Shown: one piece after another, positions 57,389-64,000 of the stretch | How the letters are laid out: each line of letters begins with the position of its first letter | Numbering within the stretch: position 1 is the first letter of the stretch | DNA from: Acidimicrobiia bacterium | GTDB taxonomy: Bacteria; Actinomycetota; Acidimicrobiia; Acidimicrobiales; CATQHL01 | Length of the DNA stretch: 64,000 bases | Assembly (NCBI GenBank): GCA_021296415.1 | Contig: JAGWAL010000001.1 | Location: 16,720-80,719, forward strand | Reading direction: 5' to 3' | Program-made: the position numbers and the translations under genes | The notes under the pieces: model-generated | Database searches by the model: none | The model's input: only the letters and a program-made list of their open reading frames with translations | What the model was told of the DNA's origin: nothing

Positions 57389-59278
57389 TCAGCCACCCAG
57401 CGGCTCGACGCGGACCGCGGTGGCTTTGAACCCGGCGGTGCCGGAGAGCGGATCCCAGTCATCGGGCACCAGCAGGTTCGTGTCCACCTGCTCGGGGAAG
57501 TGGAACGTCAGGAACGCCAGACCCTCCACGAGATCGGGGTCGAAGCGCACCGGGGCCTCCACGGCGCCACGGCGGGACACCACCCTGACCAGGTCGCCTT
57601 CGGCGACCCCCAGGCGACGGGCGTCGGCGGCGCACAGATCCAACTCCTCCCGGCGTCGCAGGGGCGAGTCGAACGATCCCGACTGCACGCCCGTGTTGAA
57701 CGAGTCCAGGCGCCGTCCGGTCGTGAGGCGGATGGGGTAATCCTCGTCGAGACCGTCGAGAGGCGGTTCCCACTCCACCGGATAGAAGGCGACCCGGGGA
57801 CCTTCGAGGGGTTCGGCCCAGAGCCGGCCGTGCAGGAACTGCGTTCCCGGATGATCCTCGTCGGGGCACGGCCAGCGAATCCCTCCTGACGCCTCGAGCC
57901 TGGCGTAGCTCATACCGGTGTGAAACGCCGAGAGCGACCGCACCTCGTCCCAGACCGCCTCCGCATCGGGCTCACCCCAGTCGTGGCCCAGCCGGCGCGC
58001 CAGGGCGAAGACGATCGCCAGGTCGTCGCGTGCGCCTCCGGGGGGCGGCACCGCCGGGCGCACCAGTTGCACGCGCCGCTCGCTGGACGTCACGGTGCCG
58101 GCGGTCTCGGCGAAGCTCGCCGCCGCGGGGAGCACCACGTCCGCCATCTGGGCCGTGGCCGTGGCGAAGATGTCCTGGACCACCAGGAAGTCCAGATCTG
58201 CGAGCAGGCGGCGGGCGTGCGCCGCGTCCGCCTCGGAGTCCGCCGGATTCTCGCCCACGACGTAGAGCGACCGCAGGTGCCCCTCCTCCATGGCCTCGAA
58301 CATCTCCGACAGGTGCCAGCCGACCTGGGCGGGCACCGGCGCACCCCAGGCCGCCTCGAAACGCTGCCGCTCGGCGTCGTCGGTGAGGTCGGCGAATCCG
58401 GGCAGGCGGTGCGGCAGCGCGCCCATGTCCCCGCCTCCCTGCACGTTGTTCTGGCCCCGCAGTGGTGCGAGTCCCGAGCCGTAACGCCCGACGTGACCAC
58501 AGAGCAGAGCCAGGTTGATGAGCGCGAACACGTTGTCGGCGGCATTGTGGTGCTCGGTGATTCCCAGCGTCCAGCAAAGCTGGGCCCGCTCGGCGGTGGC
58601 GTACATGTGCGCCAGCTCGGCGATGGCATCGGCGGGCACGCCCGTGATGGACGCCGCCGCGTCCATCGTGTACGGCTCGACGCTCGCCGCGTACGCCTCG
58701 AAGTTGCCGGTGGCGTGCCCGATGAAATACTCGTTGTGCAGCCCGGCGGCGATGATCTCCCGCGCGACGGCATTCGCCAGGGCGATGTCGGACCCCACGT
58801 CGAGGCCCAGCCACAGGTCGGCGAAGCGTGCCGAGGCGCTGCGCCGCGGGTCGATCACCACCAGCTTCGCACCGTTGTCCCGGCCCCGCAGCATGCGGTG
58901 GAACATGATCGGGTGGGCGTTGCGGGCGTTGGAGCCCCACAGCACGATCAGGTCTGTGTGTTCGAGTTCCTCATACGAACTCGTCCCTCCCCCGACTCCG
59001 AAGACCGTCGCCAGACCGACGACGCTGGGGGCATGTCAAGTTCGATTGCAACTGTCGATGTTGTTGGAGCCCAAAACGGTGCGGGCGAACTTCTGGAGGG
59101 TGTAGTTCAACTCGTTCGTCGCCTTGGAGCAACTGAAGGCGCCGAAGCTCCGAGCCCCGTGACGCTCGACCGAACGCTGCAAGCCACCCGCCGCGGCTGC
59201 GAGCGCCTCGGGCCAAGGGGCCGGCCGCAGCTCGCCCCCGGCATCGCGCACCAGCGGCTCGGTGAGGCGTTGGAGCAT
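57389..59278 (-). CDS. selenocysteine-containing formate dehydrogenase catalytic (Mo/W-bis-PGD) subunit
   Basis: Two in-frame ORFs joined across TGA at 59036-59038: NNIDSCNRT-U-HAPSVVGL; LRGQNNVQG, DVVLPAA, LTTGR. Confidence 0.92.
59007..59023 (-). promoter_or_regulatory. bacterial SECIS stem-loop
   Basis: Begins 12 nt after the UGA: GUCGUC-GGUCU-GGCGAC hairpin, resembling the E. coli fdhF apical loop. Confidence 0.7.
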
Positions 59279-59287
59279 GGCCGGTGC

Positions 59288-59611
59288 CTACTCCCCGGCG
59301 CCGGCGACGGCCGATATCTCCACGCCGGGCCGGTAGTGGATGAAGAGTTCCTCGATGACCTCGCGGAGCCCCGCCGTGTCGGCGCCCTTGCTCATGTCGA
59401 GCGTGATGACGTTGGAGTTGATGTGCATGCCGTCGATCGAACCGTCGGCGAACAACCGGCGGGCCAGCTCATCGGGCGGGCGGAGACGGTGCGGGGGCGG
59501 CGGGGCGTCGTAGTACTCGTGTCCCATGCCGGTGAGCGAGCGGTTGATCTCGAATCGCACCACGCCCGGGCGCGAGGACGGCTTCTCGATGACGGTGACG
59601 GGCTGTCCCAC
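59288..59611 (-). CDS. small Nfu_N (NifU N-terminal)-like protein
   Basis: PGVVRFEINRSLTG, ELARRLF..GID.MHINSNVITL. Confidence 0.65.
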   Translation of the reverse strand: MGQPVTVIEKPSSRPGVVRFEINRSLTGMGHEYYDAPPPPHRLRPPDELARRLFADGSIDGMHINSNVITLDMSKGADTAGLREVIEELFIHYRPGVEISAVAGAGE

Positions 59612-59622
59612 GGGTGCTCATG

Positions 59623-60336
59623 CTAGCGGCGCTCCAGCAGCCCTAACTGCTGCTCGGCGCCCGTGACCGCCGGAGACCCCGAGGGGAGGTGCTGCATGTA
59701 CGCCCAGGTGCGCCGGTGGATCGCCGAGGGGCCCCAGGCGGCCAGCGCGGCGCGGTGCCGCGGGCAGGGGTACCCCTTGTTGCGATCGAAGTCGTAGACC
59801 GGATAGTCGCCGGCCTGCTGCACCATGCCGCGGTCACGCCAGACCTTGGCGAGAATCGATGCGGCCGCCAGCGACACACAGCGGGCGTCTCCCCCGACCA
59901 CGGTGCGCACCGGTCCCTCGAAGCGCCCGGCAACCGTTGACGGTGACCCCGGTTGGGGTGACACGAAATCCCAGCGACCGTCGAGCAACACGCCGTCGGG
60001 GCGGACCGCCAGCGACTCCAGGGCGCGCGCTGCGGCAAGGCGCTGCGCCGCCGACATGCCGAGTCCGTCGCACTCGGCGGCGCTGGTAAAGCCCACCGAC
60101 CAGCCGGCGCAGCCCTCTGCAATCAGCTCGAACAGCTGCTCGCGTCGCGCCGGGCGCAGCTGCTTGGAGTCGCGCACACGCTCGGCGAACGTGCCATGAC
60201 CTCCCCCGTGGCGCAGCACCACCGCGGCCACGACGAGCGGGCCCGCCCAGGCGCCCCGCCCGACTTCGTCCAGACCGGCCACGGTCCGGCATCCGGCATC
60301 CCAGAACTCCTGCTCGCGTGCGAGATCGGGTCGCAC
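59623..60336 (-). CDS. rnhB: ribonuclease HII
   Basis: AGLDEVGRGAWAGP, VRDSK, LLDG, GDA..LAAASILAKV.RD, NKGY. Confidence 0.93.
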   Translation of the reverse strand: MRPDLAREQEFWDAGCRTVAGLDEVGRGAWAGPLVVAAVVLRHGGGHGTFAERVRDSKQLRPARREQLFELIAEGCAGWSVGFTSAAECDGLGMSAAQRLAAARALESLAVRPDGVLLDGRWDFVSPQPGSPSTVAGRFEGPVRTVVGGDARCVSLAAASILAKVWRDRGMVQQAGDYPVYDFDRNKGYPCPRHRAALAAWGPSAIHRRTWAYMQHLPSGSPAVTGAEQQLGLLERR

Positions 60337-60573
60337 GGCCTTCGCAACGGCGGCGTCAAGCGGCGCCGGTGCGCACACCGGTCTCAGGCCGCTCTCCCGG
60401 ATGCGCACCGACCACCCATGCCCGGCAGGGTTCGAGTCACGAGGCGACTGTAGGCGCCGGCGGCACTCGAGCCCGTGACCTCCGCCAACCGGGCAGAGGC
60501 GGCGCGCGCCACGGACCGGGGCTCTGTCACCGTTCCCCGCGCTGGGCCGCGGCGGGGGCGGCACGGGGTCGGC

Positions 60574-62049
60574 TCAGGGGCGAAGCAGCGCCTCGCCGGC
60601 CGGTTCCCGCGTGCTCCAGGTGGCCGCCAGTGCGGCGGCCGTGATCTGCAGCGGCCCGGGAGCGGCCGGTCCGGTGTCGCCGCCGGTGCCGGCGCCCGCC
60701 ACTGCGGCGGCCCACGACTCGAGCCGGTTGCCCGGAGGAACGATCTCCCAGAGCAGCGCGGGAGTGGCGGCGTGCCAGCGGAGTGCGAACGAGAGGACAC
60801 CGCGGTGCGTACCGAGACGATGAACCTCGACGGGCGGGCGCCTGCTGCCGAAGTCCGCAGTCGCCGCCGCGCCTGCCAGCAGGTCGAGCGCGCCATGGCG
60901 TTCGCGCACGAGGAGGTCCCGCAGCACGAGCAGGTAGGCCGCCCGGTACAGAGGGTCGTCACCGCTGCGGTCCGAGGCCCAGCCGCCGGTCGGGCCGGCG
61001 TTCGCAGCCATGGTCGCGACGGCTGCCGTTCCCGCATCGAAGCACGCGGCGATCCGCGCCGCTTCCTGGCGGGCGAGGCGGGCGATGGCGTCGGGCCTCC
61101 TCGCCGCACGCAGCGAGACCATCTCCGCCGCCCGGCGGGCGAAACCCGCGACAGCCAGCGCGGCGGCCAGCAGAGCCCGCTCGGCCGGCGAGAACCGCCC
61201 GTCGGGCCCATGGGATGCCTCGGTGCCGACCTCCAGGGCAAGCAGGCGACGAATCGCCGCCGCAGCCACGGCTGCCACGCGACCGCTCGCCAGGCCGTCG
61301 ACGCGCAGGCCCCCGGCAGCGTGCGTGTCCCAACCACTGCCCACCTGTGCCAGCGTGGGAACGTCTGCCGGCACAGGCGATGGCGACGCCTCCGCCTGCA
61401 GCGGCAGCAGCACGCGCAGCGCGGACCCGTGCGCCACCGGCCAGGTCAGCGTGGCGCCCGCCCGGCCGTGGCGGCTGCGCACCCGCCGCGAACCCTCGGG
61501 ATCAGAAGGCCCGGCCCGCGCTGCCCCTTCCGGAATGTCGAGCGCCGCGGCGGCATCCATGGCCAGGCGCACCTCTGCCGGCGGGCGCTCCCACCACAGC
61601 GCCGGCGATCCGTTCGCCTGCACACCGGCGTCGTCGACCTGCACCCGCCACAGCCCACCCGGCCGCCAGAAGTCGCCGGGCTGCACCGCCAGCCGCACGG
61701 CCACGGGTGCCGGCGTGTCGTTCTGCACGTCCACCACGCCGACCGCGCCCGCACCGGCGGTCGGGGCGAGGCAGACGTAAACCAGCTGCGAGATGTCACC
61801 CTCGCCGGCGCGCAGCACGGTCTCCAGACCGGCCGGCGCCGCTGCTCCGGCACCGGCGGCTCTCTGGCGCGCCGTGGACCCGACCCCCGGGACGGCGCGG
61901 CCCGTGCCGGTGAACACCTCCCAGGCAAGCGACCAGCCATTGCGACCGGTGACGATCCGCCCCGCCGGGTCGACCGCCATCGCCCCGCGTCCGCCCACGG
62001 CGCCCAGCACCGACCACCGCTCCGGGAGCGCGTCTGCGCGCCGGTCCAC
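60574..62049 (-). CDS. hypothetical protein (Ala-rich, possibly a divergent glycoside-hydrolase-like fold)
   Basis: Long ORF directly downstream of gpsA; LSFALRWH..PALLWE near the C-terminus; start uncertain. Confidence 0.55.
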   Translation of the reverse strand: MDRRADALPERWSVLGAVGGRGAMAVDPAGRIVTGRNGWSLAWEVFTGTGRAVPGVGSTARQRAAGAGAAAPAGLETVLRAGEGDISQLVYVCLAPTAGAGAVGVVDVQNDTPAPVAVRLAVQPGDFWRPGGLWRVQVDDAGVQANGSPALWWERPPAEVRLAMDAAAALDIPEGAARAGPSDPEGSRRVRSRHGRAGATLTWPVAHGSALRVLLPLQAEASPSPVPADVPTLAQVGSGWDTHAAGGLRVDGLASGRVAAVAAAAIRRLLALEVGTEASHGPDGRFSPAERALLAAALAVAGFARRAAEMVSLRAARRPDAIARLARQEAARIAACFDAGTAAVATMAANAGPTGGWASDRSGDDPLYRAAYLLVLRDLLVRERHGALDLLAGAAATADFGSRRPPVEVHRLGTHRGVLSFALRWHAATPALLWEIVPPGNRLESWAAAVAGAGTGGDTGPAAPGPLQITAAALAATWSTREPAGEALLRP

Positions 62050-62054
62050 GCCCC

Positions 62055-63056
62055 CTACCGGAACGGCTCGGGCTCCGGGCGCAGGCTCCGCCCCAGCAGG
62101 TTCCCGTAGGCCTCCCGAGGGTCGCGCCCGCCGTCGAGCACCTCGCACAGTTCGGAGGTGATCGGCATCTCGAGGCGATGCTCGGTGGCCAGTTCGAGCA
62201 CCACCCGCGCCGTTTTCACCCCCTCCGCCACCTGCTGCATGGCGGCGGTGATCTCACCGAGGCTCCTCCCCCGCCCGAGTTCGACCCCGACGTGATGGTT
62301 ACGGCTCTGCGGACTGAGACACGTGGCCAGAAGGTCCCCCAGGCCGGCGAGGCCGGCGAACGTCGACGGCTCTCCACCCATCGCGACACCCAAGCGGGTC
62401 ACTTCGGCGAGGCCGCGCGTGATCAGGGCCGCCCGGCTGTTGTCCGCCAGACCCAAGCCCTCGGCCATTCCCACGGCGAGGGCGACCACGTTCTTCAGCG
62501 CCCCACCCAGCTCGCAACCCACGACGTCACCGCCGACGTACACCCGGAAGTGCTCACGGGCGAACAGCGGCCGGAGACGCTCCGCCGCGGTCACGTCGCT
62601 CATTGCCAGAACGGCCGCGGCGGGCGAGCCGGCGAGCACCTCCCGCGCCAGGTTCGGGCCGGTGAGGACGCCGACGGGGTGCCCCGGTGCGAGTTCGCCG
62701 ATGATCTCCGACATCCTTCGGTTCGAGCCCTGCTCGAGGCCCTTGCTGAGGCTCACGATCGGAATCCCCGGTTCCAGATGGGGCACCACCGCCGCCAGCA
62801 CGCTGCGGAACACGTGCGAGGGAACCGCCATGGCCACGACCGCGGTGTCGGCGACCATCGCCGCAAGATCGTGGCCGGCCTCCAGGGACGCTGCGAGGGC
62901 GAACCCCGGCAGGTACTGCTCGTTGGTGGCCCGGGCGTTGATCTCGGTGGCGATCTCCCGGCGCCGGCACCACAGCCGCGTGGGCGCGTTGGCCGCGACC
63001 TGTGACGCCACCGTGGTCCCCCAGGACCCGGCACCCACCACCGTCACGCGCTGCAC
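62055..63056 (-). CDS. gpsA: NAD(P)H-dependent glycerol-3-phosphate dehydrogenase
   Basis: GAGSWGT, SKGLE, GPNLARE, GGALKNV, GLGDL..TC..SRN. Confidence 0.95.
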   Translation of the reverse strand: MQRVTVVGAGSWGTTVASQVAANAPTRLWCRRREIATEINARATNEQYLPGFALAASLEAGHDLAAMVADTAVVAMAVPSHVFRSVLAAVVPHLEPGIPIVSLSKGLEQGSNRRMSEIIGELAPGHPVGVLTGPNLAREVLAGSPAAAVLAMSDVTAAERLRPLFAREHFRVYVGGDVVGCELGGALKNVVALAVGMAEGLGLADNSRAALITRGLAEVTRLGVAMGGEPSTFAGLAGLGDLLATCLSPQSRNHHVGVELGRGRSLGEITAAMQQVAEGVKTARVVLELATEHRLEMPITSELCEVLDGGRDPREAYGNLLGRSLRPEPEPFR

Positions 63057-63116
63057 CGGCGTGACAGTACCGCCCGCGCCCACCGGCATCGAAACCCGCC
63101 GGCGCGCCCGGGTCGT

Positions 63117-64000
63117 TCAGAAGATCACGCCGCCGGCACGCAGCGCCTCGACGTCCGCACCGCACAGCCCCGCGATGATCTCGTCGGTGTCCCGACCCGG
63201 CTCGGGGGCATGGGGTCGCCAGTCCGCAGGCGTCCCGGAGAATCGCACCGGAGGTCGGCTCTGGCGCATCCGTCCCGCTGCCGGGTGGGTGCTGTCGACG
63301 AAGAACTCCCGGTGAGCCAGTTGAGGATGGTCGGGAAGGTCGGGCACCGCCACGGCGGGGCTGTGCGGCACGTCGCAGGACTCCAGCCGGGTACATGCCT
63401 CCTTCACCGGCAGGGCTGCCAAGCGATCGCGGATCTCTCGCCATACCTGGCGTGCGAGGCCGCGGTTGCTATGACGTCCCGCCATCGATGCCAGCCGCTC
63501 GTCGGCCTCGACCTCCAGGGCGCGGCAAAGGCCGGCGTACTGATCGTCTGTCAGCGCCACGATGTACATCCACCCGTCGGCGCAGGCCATCGGCTTGACG
63601 TGGGCTCCCGGATCCGAGCGCTGCGGCCCGTCGTAGTCCAGCAGCGTCTCGCGCCCGGCGGCGTCCACCCAGAGGAACGAAGCCGACACCTCCAGCATGG
63701 CGACCTCGACGTGCTGGCCGCCGGCTCCCCGCTCCCGCGCCAGCAGGGCAGCCGTGGCGGCCTGGACCGCGGTCAGCGCCGTGAGCTTGTCCGAGACGGT
63801 ATGGCGCAGGTTGTGCGGCTCGCCCGTCCCGACGTCGGCCTCGAGGGCAGCAATGCCCGAGGCGGCCTGGATGATGCCGTCGTAGGCGGGGCGGTCGGCG
63901 TAAGGCCCGGTCGGCCCGAAACCGGTCACCGAGACGAGGATCACGTCGGGATTGACGGCGCGCAGGTGCTCGTAGGACACGCCGAGGCGGTCGGCCACGC
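63117..64000 (-). CDS. CaiB/BaiF family III CoA-transferase, 5' end truncated by the window edge
   Basis: RLGVSYE.L...NP, SVTGFG.TGP, YDGIIQAASG, GQHVEVAM. Confidence 0.9.
   Translation of the reverse strand, partial: VADRLGVSYEHLRAVNPDVILVSVTGFGPTGPYADRPAYDGIIQAASGIAALEADVGTGEPHNLRHTVSDKLTALTAVQAATAALLARERGAGGQHVEVAMLEVSASFLWVDAAGRETLLDYDGPQRSDPGAHVKPMACADGWMYIVALTDDQYAGLCRALEVEADERLASMAGRHSNRGLARQVWREIRDRLAALPVKEACTRLESCDVPHSPAVAVPDLPDHPQLAHREFFVDSTHPAAGRMRQSRPPVRFSGTPADWRPHAPEPGRDTDEIIAGLCGADVEALRAGGVIF

Noticed and set aside
57389..59278. FDH pseudogene with a nonsense mutation
   Set aside because: The TGA is exactly at the Sec ligand position, in frame, and followed by a SECIS-like hairpin.
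60410..60480. tRNA-Sec or other tRNA suggested by GGTTCGAGTC
   Set aside because: No cloverleaf, acceptor stem or TCA anticodon could be formed.

Overview
Very GC-rich actinobacterial chromosomal segment; gene content and style suggest Acidimicrobiia, possibly a marine or sponge-associated lineage (inference). The backbone is housekeeping: pfkA, queG, trpD, RNase P RNA, three tRNAs, sigma70-dnaG-glyQS-recO-uppS, dinG, era-ybeY-phoH, rnhB and gpsA. Three things stand out. (1) A ~1124-aa fusion of a squalene epoxidase and an oxidosqualene cyclase (DCTAE motif), with some non-canonical product-determining residues. (2) A ~16.5-kb co-oriented catabolic cluster with four paralogous Rieske oxygenase alpha subunits (two carry an unusual insertion inside the Rieske motif), a SnoaL/NTF2 protein, a BMP-type ABC importer, an atypical M24 hydrolase, a deleted amidase and a CoxMSL-like Mo hydroxylase, but no reductase. 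(3) A selenocysteine formate dehydrogenase (in-frame UGA plus SECIS) whose subunit genes are separated by ~22 kb that holds the Rieske cluster and a partner-switching signalling operon. A 6C sRNA and two candidate structured RNAs are also visible. No CRISPR array, integrase or transposase was seen. Many start codons were re-called by eye and are approximate.
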